Shown: positions 21,104 to 31,659 of the stretch, one piece after another | How the letters are laid out: every line of letters begins with the position of its first letter | How positions within the stretch are numbered: the first letter of the stretch is position 1 | DNA from: an uncultured Spirochaetota bacterium | GTDB taxonomy: Bacteria; Spirochaetota; Brevinematia; Brevinematales; JAOACQ01 | Assembly (NCBI GenBank): GCA_963768055.1 | Contig: CAVYGN010000001.1 | Span: 1,568,001-1,632,000 of the forward strand | DNA: 64,000 nt | Direction: 5' to 3' | Translations under genes and position numbers: made by a program | The notes under the pieces: model-generated | Seen by the model: the letters and a program-made list of their open reading frames with translations, nothing else | Told to the model about the DNA's origin: nothing | The model's database searches: none

Positions 21104-22057
21104 CTATTTCCCCTCTTCCATATCGAAAAGCATCGCGAAAAGTAAAAACTGCAGGCCTGTCAGGATTAAAAGGGCGTCGAATATAGCCTGCGGGCCCGAT
21201 ACGCCCCAATGCAATATAAAATTCTTGATTACAAGGTATATTCCGAATAAAAAACCGACCGGAAGCAGCATGAAGGACAGGTAATAAAAGAAAACAAGCG
21301 GATGGAAATCCAGGAATATGTATTTAAATCTTAGCCGCCAGAAAAACCCCCTGAGAAGCATGGGAGAAACCCTCATAAAATACCTGACGCCCTTTATTTG
21401 CGACTGCCTTTCCCCGGAAAGGTAAACAGCCGTTCTGGGGATATCCATAACCTTGAAGCAGTATCCGTTAAGCCTGATTAAAAAATCCATGGGGTATCCG
21501 TACCTTTTCCAGGCTCTTGACCAATCTATAAGATCGATCGCCCTTTTGCTTATCGCCGTGTAACCGTCGACGACGTCCATTACTTTATAATAACCCGATG
21601 CAAGCTTGGTCAGGGCCGTTATTATCCAGTTTCCCCAGAAACGGATCCTGGGCATTTTGGCGATAGTGTCCTCGAATTTGCTTAAAAGAAAACGGTTTCC
21701 CTTTGTATAATCTACCTTGCCGTCGATGATCGGGTCTAAAAAGTGGGTTACTTCGTCAAGGTTCATCTGAAAATCCCCGCCGACAACGACTGCGATATCA
21801 TGTCCTTCTTTACTTGATTGAAGATATCCCGTAATGATGGCCCCTCCCGGCCCCTGGTTCGTTTCATGCTTAAGTAATGTTATCCTTTTATCTTTTTTCC
21901 CGCAATCGAGGATCACTTCGTTTTGATTGTCCGGGCTTTTATCGTCGACCACGTAGATTTTATCGATAACCGGATTTACATTCTCAAGGGTCGGCCTGAT
22001 AAGCTTCTCTTCCTTATAAGCCGGAATCACAAGTGATATTTTTTTATCCCTATACAT
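21104..22057 (-). CDS. Glycosyltransferase family 2 (polyprenol-phosphate type) with C-terminal TM helices
   Basis: VIPAYKEE, VVDDKSPD, KGNRF, YGYP; ATG at 22057 after AAGGAG. Confidence 0.82.
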   Translation of the reverse strand: MYRDKKISLVIPAYKEEKLIRPTLENVNPVIDKIYVVDDKSPDNQNEVILDCGKKDKRITLLKHETNQGPGGAIITGYLQSSKEGHDIAVVVGGDFQMNLDEVTHFLDPIIDGKVDYTKGNRFLLSKFEDTIAKMPRIRFWGNWIITALTKLASGYYKVMDVVDGYTAISKRAIDLIDWSRAWKRYGYPMDFLIRLNGYCFKVMDIPRTAVYLSGERQSQIKGVRYFMRVSPMLLRGFFWRLRFKYIFLDFHPLVFFYYLSFMLLPVGFLFGIYLVIKNFILHWGVSGPQAIFDALLILTGLQFLLFAMLFDMEEGK

Positions 22058-22071
22058 AACAGCTCCTTCGT

Positions 22072-23172
22072 TCAATGAACCGCTTTATTCACTTCGCTGC
22101 ATATAAATTCGATCTGCTCCCCTGTCAATTCCGGATACATCGGAAGGCTTAGGATTTTTTCCGATACCGATTCGGAAACCGGAAAATCTCCCTTTTCATA
22201 GCCGAGGTATTTAAAAGCGGGCTGTAAATGAAGCGGCACAGGGTAATGTATCGAGGCCGCTATGCCTTTGCTTTTAAGGTACTCCAGCGCTTCATCCCGG
22301 TTATTCACACGGATAACATAGAGGTGGTATACATGTTCGCCGTTTTGCTGCGTTTTAGGAAGTATTATAGATTTATTTTTTGACAATAATTCGGTATAAA
22401 TCCGGGCATTTTCCCGGCGTTTTTTCGTCCACTCCTCGATATGATTCATCTTCACCGATAAAACGGCCGCCTGCAGACCGTCAAGCCGGTGGTTATAGCC
22501 GACCATTTCATGGTAATACTTCCTGCTCCTTCCATGGTCAAGTAATTTCCTGATCCTTTCTTCGAGTTCTTTAGAGTCTGTAATCAGGGCCCCCGCATCG
22601 CCGTAAGCGCCGAGGTTTTTTCCCGGGAAAAAGCTGAAAGTCCCGATATCTCCGAAAGTGCCGGCAATCTTCCCTTTAAATTTAGCAAGGTGCGCCTGGG
22701 CGCAATCTTCAACTACTTTTAAGTGATATTTTTCAGCTATTTTTAATATCGCATTCATATCGGCGGGATTTCCGTATAAATGAACCGGGATTATCGCCCT
22801 GGTTTTTTCATTAACCGCCGCTTCTATTTTAGAAGCGTCGATGTTGTAAGTGTCCGGGTCGATATCTACAAAAACAGGTTTTGCCCCGGTATGGCATATG
22901 CCTTCGGCCGTTCCGATAAAAGTGAAAGAGACTGTTATTACCTCATCGCCCTCTTTAATGCCCAGCGCCGCCAGGGCCAGGAAAATAGCCGCGGTGCCGT
23001 TGGAGCATCCCATGCAGAACCTGCTATGGAACATTTTTGAAAATTTACTCTCGAATTCCGACACATATTCGCCCTGTATAAAAGCGCTCGATTCGATGAC
23101 TTCTTCGATTTTTCCGAGGATTTCCCCTTTGATCGTCCTGTATTGCGCTTTTAAGTCTACTAACGGTATCAT
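22072..23172 (-). CDS. DegT aminotransferase, WbpE/WlbC-like
   Basis: MIPLVDLKAQY, EDCAQAH, SFFPGKNLGAYGDAG; follows an oxidoreductase and an acyltransferase. Confidence 0.85.
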   Translation of the reverse strand: MIPLVDLKAQYRTIKGEILGKIEEVIESSAFIQGEYVSEFESKFSKMFHSRFCMGCSNGTAAIFLALAALGIKEGDEVITVSFTFIGTAEGICHTGAKPVFVDIDPDTYNIDASKIEAAVNEKTRAIIPVHLYGNPADMNAILKIAEKYHLKVVEDCAQAHLAKFKGKIAGTFGDIGTFSFFPGKNLGAYGDAGALITDSKELEERIRKLLDHGRSRKYYHEMVGYNHRLDGLQAAVLSVKMNHIEEWTKKRRENARIYTELLSKNKSIILPKTQQNGEHVYHLYVIRVNNRDEALEYLKSKGIAASIHYPVPLHLQPAFKYLGYEKGDFPVSESVSEKILSLPMYPELTGEQIEFICSEVNKAVH

Positions 23173-23190
23173 TGTAAACCCTCAATTAAG

Positions 23191-23784
23191 TTAATAATGG
23201 ATTTTCCTGATAAACCTTGCCGGATTGCCGGCTACGATCGAATCTTCATCGACATTTTTCGTTACTACGCTGCCCGCACCGACCAATGAATTTTTACCGA
23301 CAATTACCCCGGGCAATAATGTCGAATTCGCACCGATCTTGGCCTTTTCTTTAATAAGAGCCCCTGCAAGTTCGTTTTTAACGTTCGGGGATTGGGGAAA
23401 CCTTGCGTTTGTAATAACTACGTTCGGGCCGATCCAGCAGTCATGCTCCAATACCGAGAATTCCGGAATAAAGCACTGGGTATGGATCCTTACATTATTT
23501 TCAATTTTGACATGATGCTCAACTACGGAAAGAGTGCCTATGCTTACATTATCTCCTATAATATTCAATTCCCTTATATTCGCTTTATTGCCTGTCTGGA
23601 AATTACTCCCGATCATGTTTCCGGCGTATATTACAGTATGGCTCCTGATAACGGCATAATCCCCTATGATCGTTTCTTCATCTTTCCGGCCTTTAAAAGG
23701 GGCCCCTATAATGCAGAAATCTTCGATAATCGCATCTTTACCTAATTTTACACCAGGGTAGATTATTGAAGTGCTGGCAATCAT
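23191..23784 (-). CDS. Hexapeptide-repeat N-acetyltransferase, WbpD/WlbB-like
   Basis: Left-handed beta-helix repeats, WIGPNVVITN, GAGSVVTKNV, GNPAR. Confidence 0.82.
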   Translation of the reverse strand: MIASTSIIYPGVKLGKDAIIEDFCIIGAPFKGRKDEETIIGDYAVIRSHTVIYAGNMIGSNFQTGNKANIRELNIIGDNVSIGTLSVVEHHVKIENNVRIHTQCFIPEFSVLEHDCWIGPNVVITNARFPQSPNVKNELAGALIKEKAKIGANSTLLPGVIVGKNSLVGAGSVVTKNVDEDSIVAGNPARFIRKIHY

Positions 23785-24846
23785 TTAACAGCGTCCCAGT
23801 TTGCATTTATTGGGTTTAAATCTTAAAAATACTTCCCTGCCGGTTTCGATCGATTCGTAAATAGCCGATATGAGCTCAAGGCTTTTCCTGCCTTCAAGGC
23901 CGTCGACAAGGGCCTTTTTATCGTTTATTATGCAATCCAGGACATGCTCGTAATAAGCCTGGTGGCCGAATCCGTATACATTGGGCGGATTTACCGAATA
24001 TTTTGTCAAAATGTCCCTGTCTGTTTCATTTTCGTCTATAAATTTCCAGATCTTCATCTCATTAACGGCAAAACCCCCGATCTCGACCGTGCCCCTTTCT
24101 CCCAGGATGGATATGGAGCCCTCGAGGTCTTTCGGCCTGGCTGCCGTGGTCGCCTCGATAACTCCTAGGGCCCCGTTATTGAATTTCAGCAACGCGATGC
24201 CGGTATCCTCAGTTTCAACATCCACTAACGCCGTTATGCTTTTCGCGAAAACCGATTCCACGTCCCCCATCATCCATTCCAGAAGATCGACATGGTGGCT
24301 CGCCTGGTTTGTGAAAACGCCGCCGTCAAACTCCCATGTCCCTCTCCAGCTGTCGCTGTCATAGTATTCCTGTTTCCTGCACCACCTCACGCGGACAGTT
24401 CCCAGGACCAGCTTGCCGAACCTCCCGCTTTCGACCGCTTCCCTCAACTTCCGGACCGGAACATTGAACCGGTTCTGCTTGACGACGAACAGTTTGATAT
24501 TATTCTCATCGCAGATTCGGATCATCGAATCCGCGTCGTCAAGGGTTAACGCCATAGGTTTTTCAACAAGTATATGTTTTTTGTATTTTGCCAGGCCGAT
24601 TACATGCTCCGCGTGCAGACCGCTTGGTGTTAAAATGGAAATCGCATCGATATTTTTCTCGGTTTCCATCATCTTAAACATATCTTCATAATAAGGCACT
24701 CTGAATTGTTCGCCGGATTTTTTCACCCTGTCTTTTATAATATCGCAAACTGCGGCCAATTTAGCGTCTTTAATCTGGTTCAGGCCTAATAATTCCAGAT
24801 GCCTTTTTGCGATCCTTCCGCAGCCGACTATAGCAAAATTAAGCAT
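23785..24846 (-). CDS. Gfo/Idh/MocA oxidoreductase, WbpB/WlbA-like (UDP-GlcNAcA 3-dehydrogenase)
   Basis: GCGRIAKRH, TPSGLH, VEKPMAL, VKQNRFN, NQASHHVD, PPNVYGFGH. Confidence 0.85.
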   Translation of the reverse strand: MLNFAIVGCGRIAKRHLELLGLNQIKDAKLAAVCDIIKDRVKKSGEQFRVPYYEDMFKMMETEKNIDAISILTPSGLHAEHVIGLAKYKKHILVEKPMALTLDDADSMIRICDENNIKLFVVKQNRFNVPVRKLREAVESGRFGKLVLGTVRVRWCRKQEYYDSDSWRGTWEFDGGVFTNQASHHVDLLEWMMGDVESVFAKSITALVDVETEDTGIALLKFNNGALGVIEATTAARPKDLEGSISILGERGTVEIGGFAVNEMKIWKFIDENETDRDILTKYSVNPPNVYGFGHQAYYEHVLDCIINDKKALVDGLEGRKSLELISAIYESIETGREVFLRFKPNKCKLGRC

Positions 24847-25108
24847 ATTTAAACCTCTTCACTAATTATAGAAAATTTTTCGCCAAATATCAAAATTAAT
24901 AGATTAAGCTTTATTATTACAAATTAAACTTAATAATACACTTTTTATCTATAATCAAATTTATTACAAAATCAAGTGGTATAAAATTATTATTTTCAAG
25001 GTTCGAAAAGTAATAATTTATTCGCAAATAAATAATGAAATATAATCGGAAAAAAGTTATAATGGTTCAATAAAAATAGAATCGATCCGATTTAACCGGA
25101 GTACTTTA

Positions 25109-27721
25109 ATGCATAAAAATGCCTTTATTCAGAAAATTTATGATAAATTAATTAATAAAGTTTCCCTTTTCAAAAGCGGCTATTTAAAGCTTAAGCGGAA
25201 AAAACTATACGATAATTTGCTTGTTATTTTTTTATATATCGTTTTATCCGTATTCGTACTCAGCGCAAACTTTTTTAAAGGAGAAACGGTAGGCCCGTTT
25301 AATTTCCTCGTTTCTTTTCCCGGATGGTCTTCGCTGAATTATCATCCCGTTGTCGTCGATACTGAGAGGATGGACGCCCTGGACGGATCCATACCCGAGC
25401 AAATAAATTACAAGAATAATCTTTTAAGCGGTAAAATCCCGGTCCTTGACCTTTTTTATTCCGGTAAAATTTTTATACCCAGTTATATAGTAACAATCTT
25501 CGTCGGAACGATCCCTGTCGGATTGTATTTTTCTGAAATTCTTAAACTTGTGGTCTGCGGTTTCGGCGTATTCCTTCTGCTTAGCTTATTTACCCGAAAA
25601 TCAGCCGCTTTTTTCGGCGGCGTCGTTTACATGCTTTGCGGTTTTAACGCTTCCTGGTTTATCGGGGCGCATGTGGACGTATCGATGTGGATACCATGGC
25701 TCTTATGGGCGACAGCGGGCTATCTGATAGAAGAAAAAAAATATTACCTTTTATTTATCACCGCATCGACTGTTTTTATGCTATCCGGGTATTTTCCGAG
25801 CGTCGCGGCGTACGGTTTTTATTGTTTCGGGATCCTGCTGTTATTCTGGAATTTAACTGATTACAAATCGATAAAATCTTTTATAATTAAATTATCGATG
25901 CCTTCGTTATTTATCGTTCTCGGCTTTTTAATAGCTATGCCTACCCTTTCAAGTTATGCAAACCTTATCGCAGGACTTAATCCCCAAACTACTGGAGTGG
26001 ATTTAAGCTGGCGGCATGGAGGCACAAAATTAAGTGTAAATGATCTTTATCTATTTGTCAGGCCTTTCAGGAATATCAAGGTGGAAACATGTGTTTATAC
26101 CGGGATTTTTTCTCTCCTACTGGCAGCCCTGAGTGTTCCGGTTATGATTTTCATGAGAAATAAAAAAATCAGGCACTTTACTATTTTCGGGTTCATCATT
26201 TTTATTTTATCCGTTTTAATCGGTTTCGGGATGATACCCTATGAAATTGTGAGAAATATACCGACCTTTAGTTTTAATAGAGCACAGAGACTTACATCGA
26301 TAATAGGCTTATCCCTTGCAATACTCTCGGGAATAGGCTTTGAAGGCATGCTGTCTATACCGGATTTCCCCTTCTACCCTTCTTTTATTGAAAATTGGAT
26401 TAAAAAGAATCGTATTAGATTAAAAACCTTCGTTCTAATTTTCGCGGCATTTATTTTTATTTTTCAGATTTTCGATCAAAAAAGGATTTTCAGCCATTTT
26501 AACGCTGTAGAGCCTTCTGAATGGTGCTATCCTGAAACAAGATCGATAAAATATTTAAAGGAGCATTTAAGCCCCTTTCAGAATATTATCGCCGACAATT
26601 CCTTCCTTCATTGCGGCGTCATGGGAGGGTACGGTTTAAATGAAATATTCCTGCACAGGTATTATACGCGCAATGAAAAAGATCTTCTGCGCCGGATTGT
26701 TCCGAATGGATTCACATCACCTACGTCGGCTTCATTTCCTGCGGAAGCAATAAATTACGATTCAAATCTATTTCATGCCCTCGGGATCAAATTCATAATC
26801 AGGGGGAAATTCAATAAAATTATTCTTCAGGAACAGCCTGCAAATTCCATAATGGTCCCTTCGGAGCCTCTTCCCGCCTCAAAAATTGTTCAGTATGTCA
26901 ATTTAAAAGAAGACATCAAAAACCTCGATGGAATAATGACCGAATTCGGAACCTACAATGAGCCTTACGCACCTGAGGATGTAAAACTGGTCCTTAAAAA
27001 CAGTTTCGGCGTGATAATCGAAGAAATTGTTGTTGGAAAAGAAAAAATCGAGAATAATAAATGGGCCTATTTTGACTTTAAAAAACGGTTAACTCTCGCA
27101 AAAGGCATATATAAATTTGAAATTCATCTTTATGGTAAAAATTACGGCGGGATTTTCGCTATCTGGAAAACAAGCCAGCCGGCCGATGAAAAAAGTTATC
27201 TTGAAGAAAACGGCAGGAAAACGGATTTCGCCTTAATGTATAAATTATATACAACTAAAAAAGAAGATTCAAACGGATGGATCGTTCATAAAGTTGAAAG
27301 CGGTATCAGGGTCTGGGAAAAACCGGATACCCCGACGGGCGCGTACTATATACCGGACCTTAATGAGAAACCTGAAAATATAAATATTAAAAATTGCGGC
27401 GGCGTTACGGAGGAAAGAGTCGACGCTTATAAGATCAGGATAAATTATAATAAAGACGCCGGCGGATTTATCGTCCTGCCCGACTGGTGCAGAGACGGCT
27501 GGAAGGCTTATATAAACGGCAAGGAGATCAATACCGAAAAATACCTTAAATTTCTTCCCGCTTTTCATGTTCCGGGAAAAACGGAAATTATTTATAAGTT
27601 TCAATATTCAATGATCATTATCTGGCTGTCTTTTGCAGGATTATTGATTTTTATAGGAATTTTATTCCTTTTTATGATGATTAAACATGAAAATCCTCAT
27701 TATTTTAAGCAGAATAATTAA
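25109..27721 (+). CDS. YfhO-like GT-C-fold membrane glycosyltransferase, copy 1
   Basis: Multi-TM N-region (SAAFFGGVVYMLCGF, WIPWLLW, YTGIFSL) and C-terminal GWKAYING motif before a last TM helix. Confidence 0.7.
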   Translation: MHKNAFIQKIYDKLINKVSLFKSGYLKLKRKKLYDNLLVIFLYIVLSVFVLSANFFKGETVGPFNFLVSFPGWSSLNYHPVVVDTERMDALDGSIPEQINYKNNLLSGKIPVLDLFYSGKIFIPSYIVTIFVGTIPVGLYFSEILKLVVCGFGVFLLLSLFTRKSAAFFGGVVYMLCGFNASWFIGAHVDVSMWIPWLLWATAGYLIEEKKYYLLFITASTVFMLSGYFPSVAAYGFYCFGILLLFWNLTDYKSIKSFIIKLSMPSLFIVLGFLIAMPTLSSYANLIAGLNPQTTGVDLSWRHGGTKLSVNDLYLFVRPFRNIKVETCVYTGIFSLLLAALSVPVMIFMRNKKIRHFTIFGFIIFILSVLIGFGMIPYEIVRNIPTFSFNRAQRLTSIIGLSLAILSGIGFEGMLSIPDFPFYPSFIENWIKKNRIRLKTFVLIFAAFIFIFQIFDQKRIFSHFNAVEPSEWCYPETRSIKYLKEHLSPFQNIIADNSFLHCGVMGGYGLNEIFLHRYYTRNEKDLLRRIVPNGFTSPTSASFPAEAINYDSNLFHALGIKFIIRGKFNKIILQEQPANSIMVPSEPLPASKIVQYVNLKEDIKNLDGIMTEFGTYNEPYAPEDVKLVLKNSFGVIIEEIVVGKEKIENNKWAYFDFKKRLTLAKGIYKFEIHLYGKNYGGIFAIWKTSQPADEKSYLEENGRKTDFALMYKLYTTKKEDSNGWIVHKVESGIRVWEKPDTPTGAYYIPDLNEKPENINIKNCGGVTEERVDAYKIRINYNKDAGGFIVLPDWCRDGWKAYINGKEINTEKYLKFLPAFHVPGKTEIIYKFQYSMIIIWLSFAGLLIFIGILFLFMMIKHENPHYFKQNN

Positions 27722-27731
27722 GGAGGGATGG

Positions 27732-28547
27732 ATGTCTTTGCCGAATTTTTTATGTATCGGGACCCAGAGGGGCGGGACAACCTGGCTGTATGAAATGCTT
27801 CGTGTGCATCCGGACATTTATTTACCGGTGCAAAAGGAAATCCATTTTTTTAATAATGATTCCAATTATGATAAAGGCATTGATTGGTACGAAAAGACTT
27901 TCTTTTCAAATACCGAAGGGAAAAAAATAATCGGAGAAATTACCCCTGCATATTTATATATTGAATCCGCCGCTCAAAGAATATATAAAAACTTGGGCAA
28001 AGATATAAAGCTGATAATTATGCTTAGAAATCCTGCTGAAAGAGCGTTTTCGGATTATTGGATGGAATATTTCCGCGGTAATGAAACGTTGTCATTCGAA
28101 GAGGCGATATTAATGGAACCTTACAGAATTTGTAGAAGTTATGAAGAAAAACTTTATTATAGCTATATTAAACGGGGTTTTTATTATGCACAGATAAAAA
28201 ATTATTTCGGATTTTACCCCTCTGGTAACATAAAAATTCTTATATTTGAGGAATTTTTCAAAGACATTCCGAATAACTTGAATGATGTATTGCAGTTTTT
28301 AAATTGTCCTTTAATGAAAATTGATCTAAAAAAAAGTAAATTAAATGCTACTGTTCTCAACTGTAAAAAATACTATAAAGCCGCATATTTAAATAGATCT
28401 TCTGTGAAATTCAAGGATTTAATATTTAGACGCCCTAATTACCCATCTTTAAATACTCGTTATCAAAAAATGCTTAAAAGGCTGTATTTAAACGATATAA
28501 AGAATTTACAGGAATTATTAAATAAAAATTTTTCATTATGGCTTTAA
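27732..28547 (+). CDS. Sulfotransferase (Sulfotransfer_1 type)
   Basis: PNFLCIGTQRGGTTWL (5'-PSB loop), KEIHFF, GEITPAY, LRNPAERAFS (3'-PB). Confidence 0.88.
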   Translation: MSLPNFLCIGTQRGGTTWLYEMLRVHPDIYLPVQKEIHFFNNDSNYDKGIDWYEKTFFSNTEGKKIIGEITPAYLYIESAAQRIYKNLGKDIKLIIMLRNPAERAFSDYWMEYFRGNETLSFEEAILMEPYRICRSYEEKLYYSYIKRGFYYAQIKNYFGFYPSGNIKILIFEEFFKDIPNNLNDVLQFLNCPLMKIDLKKSKLNATVLNCKKYYKAAYLNRSSVKFKDLIFRRPNYPSLNTRYQKMLKRLYLNDIKNLQELLNKNFSLWL

Positions 28548-28561
28548 TGAGGAGGTTTTTT

Positions 28562-29200
28562 ATGACTATTTTAAAACATCGAGAAAAAGTAGGCGGGCTT
28601 TGGGATTTAATCGGCAAACTGCAATTTGATTTTCTTGTCAATGAGGGATTAAAACCTGAAAATTATTTATTGGATGTCGGATGCGGAAGTTTAAGAGGCG
28701 GTGTTCATTTTATTAAATATTTGAATATTGCCCGGTATTATGGATTTGATAATGATGAAGAATTGTTGAATGCCGGTAAGAATATTGAGTTAAATAATTA
28801 TCATGTTGCCGATAAAAAACCGAACTTATTGCTGGTAGATAATTTTGATTGTTCCATAATTGCTCAAAAATTCGATTATGCGTTAGCGCAATCAGTTTTT
28901 ACTCACCTGGATTTAAACAATATTATTGTTTGCCTTATTCAAATCAAAAAATTATTAAAAACCGGAGGCCGTTTTTATGTTTCTTTTTTTGAATCAAAAA
29001 AAGACATATTTGAATTGTTACCTGCAAAACATCATAGTACTGATAATATTGAGCTTTTAACTTATTTCAATAAGGATCCTTTTCATTATAATTTTCAAAT
29101 ATTTGAATGGATAAGCCAAAAAATTGGACTTAATGTTGATTATATTGGCGATTGGAACCATCCGAGAGATCAAAAAATGATGGTTTTTTATAAAAATTAG
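28562..29200 (+). CDS. Class I SAM-dependent methyltransferase
   Basis: LLDVGCGSLRGG, AQSVFTHL, WNHPRDQ. Confidence 0.85.
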   Translation: MTILKHREKVGGLWDLIGKLQFDFLVNEGLKPENYLLDVGCGSLRGGVHFIKYLNIARYYGFDNDEELLNAGKNIELNNYHVADKKPNLLLVDNFDCSIIAQKFDYALAQSVFTHLDLNNIIVCLIQIKKLLKTGGRFYVSFFESKKDIFELLPAKHHSTDNIELLTYFNKDPFHYNFQIFEWISQKIGLNVDYIGDWNHPRDQKMMVFYKN

Positions 29201-29277
29201 AATATACTAATATAAATTATCCGCTTTGAAGCACCGCACTGTCATCCGACAGCGAAGTGACCCGGGGGAGGATTTTA

Positions 29278-31474
29278 GTGCTTATAAATGCCTTTATTCA
29301 GAAAATTTATGATAAATTAATTAATAAAGTTTCCCTTTTTAAAAGCGGCTATTTAAAGCTTAAGCGGAAAAAACTATACGATAATTTGCTTGTTATTTTT
29401 TTATATATCGTTTTATCCGTATTCGTACTCGGCGCAAATATTTTTAAAGGTGATACCGTCGGCCCGTTTAATTTTCTAGTATCCTATCCCGGATGGTCTT
29501 CGTTGAATTATCATCCTGTTGTCGTCGATACTGAGAGGATAGACGCCCTGGACGGATCCATACCCGAGCAAATAAATTACAAGAATAATCTTTTAAACGG
29601 TAAAATCCCGGTACTTGACCTTTTTTATTCAGATAAAATTTTCATACCCAGTTATATAGTAACGATCTTCATAGGAACGATCCCTGTCGGAATTTATTTT
29701 TCTGAAATTCTTAAACTGGTGGTATGCGGTTTCGGCGTATTTCTGCTGCTTAGCTTATTTACCCGAAAATCCGCCGCTTTTTTCGGCGGCGTCGTTTACA
29801 TGCTTTGCGGTTTTAACGCTTCCTGGTTTATCGGGGCGCATGTGGACGTATCGATGTGGATACCATGGCTCTTATGGGCGGCCGCGGGTTATCTGATAGA
29901 AGAAAAAAAATATTATCTTCTTTTTATAACCGCATCGACTGTTTTTATGCTATCCGGGTATTTTCCGAGCGTCGCGGCGTACGGCTTTTATTGTTTCGGG
30001 ATCCTGCTGTTATTCTGGAATTTAACTGATTACAAATCGATAAAATCTTTTATAATTAAATTATCGATGCCTTCGTTATTTATCGTTCTCGGCTTTTTAA
30101 TAGCTATGCCTACCCTTTCAAGTTACGCGGACCTTATCGGAGGCCTTAATCCCGGAACTGCGGGAATAGATTTAAGCTGGCGGCATGGAGGTACGTATTT
30201 AAGTGTAAATGATCTTTATCTATTTGTCAGGCCTTTCAGGAATATCAGGGTGGAAACATGCCTTTATACCGGGATTTTTTCACTCCTGCTGGCAGCCCTG
30301 AGCGTTCCGGTTATGATTTTCATGAGAAATAAAAAAATCAGGAACCTTGTTATTTTCGGGTTCATTATTTTTATTTTATCCGTTTTAATCGGCTTCGCGA
30401 TAATACCCGCTGATATTATAAGAAAGATACCGACCTTTAGTTTTAATCCCTGGAACAGGCTTACCTCGATAATAGGCTTATCCCTTGCAATACTCTCGGG
30501 AATAGGCTTTGAAGGCATGCTGTCTATACCGGATTTCCCCTTCTACCCTTCTTTTATTGAAAATTGGATTAAAAAGAATCGTATTAGATTAAAAACCTTC
30601 GTTCTAATTTTCGCAGCATTTATTTTTATTTTTCAGATTTTCGATCAAAAAAGGATTTTCAGCCATTTTAACGCTGTAGAGCCTTCCGAGTGGTGCTATC
30701 CTGAAACAAGATCGATAAAATATTTAAAAGACCATATAACCCCGTTTCAGAATATCATCGCGGATAATTCCTTCCTGTATAGCGGCGTTCTGGGAGGGTA
30801 CGGCTTGACTGAAATTTTCCAGCACAGGTATTATACGCGCGATGAAAAAGATCTTCTGCGCCGGATTGTTCCGACAGGGTTTCCCTCGCCTACATCGGCT
30901 TCATTTCCTGTGGAAGCAATAAATTACGATTCAAATCTATTTCATGCCCCTCGGGATCAAATTCATAATCGGTAAAGAATTTAATAAAATTAAAAAAGAA
31001 AATACAAATGGGTGGATCGTTCATAAAGTTGAAAACAGTATCATGGTCTGGGAAAAGCCGGAGACCCCGACTGGCGCTTACTATATACCGGACCTTAATG
31101 AGCAGCCGGAAAATATAAATATTAAAAATTGCGGCGGCGTAACGGAGGAAAAAGCCGGCGCTTATAAGATCAGGATAAATTACAACAAAGACGCCGGCGG
31201 ATTTATCGTCCTGCCCGACTGGTGCAGAGACGGCTGGAAGGCTTATATTAACGGCAAGGAGATCAAGACCGAGAAATACCTTAAATTCCTTCCTGCTTTT
31301 CATGTTCCGGGAAAAGCGGAAATTATTTATGAATATCAGTATCCGATGATTTTTATCTGGTTATCCTTTGCGGGATTATTGATTTTTATAGGAATTATAT
31401 TCCTTTTTATGATGATTAAAGATGAAAATCCTCATGATTTTGAACAGTCCGCCGGTAATGGAAAACATTATTGA
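29278..31474 (+). pseudogene. YfhO-like GT-C glycosyltransferase, copy 2, frameshifted
   Basis: Close paralog of 25109-27721; extra C at 30947-30950 (CATGCCCCTC vs CATGCCCTC) splits it into two ORFs; lacks a 145-codon segment present in copy 1. Confidence 0.8.
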
Positions 31475-31499
31475 AAATATTTTCTGTTTATGATATGCT
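31471..31499 (+). promoter_or_regulatory. sigma70-type promoter (extended -10)
   Basis: TTGAAA-17 nt-TATGCT with TGn; upstream of the GT2-rml cluster. Confidence 0.45.
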
Positions 31500-31513
31500 A
31501 TTGGCATTCTTAA

Positions 31514-31624
31514 GGGCGGTTCCAAAAACTGACATTGTAATTAATAAATGATGTTCTAAAAGTAATAAAACCGCCCTATGGGCATTACCTTGCCGCCTTG
31601 AAAAGGCGGTTTTTAGAAGTGCCC
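31514..31624. mobile_element. MITE copy 1 (111 bp) flanked by TTAA
   Basis: TTAA-GGGCGGTTCCAAAAAC ... GTTTTTAGAAGTGCCC-TTAA; shares CGCCCTATGGGCA(T/C)TACCTTGCCGCCTTGAAAAGGCG core with the copy at 63277-63410. Confidence 0.85.
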
Positions 31625-31659
31625 TTAACTGGTTATTCAATGGAAACGAGCGTTAAATA

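Noticed and set aside
25109..31474. Diversity-generating retroelement template/variable repeat pair
   Set aside because: The repeat is gene-length, differences are not limited to adenines, and there is no reverse transcriptase in the window.
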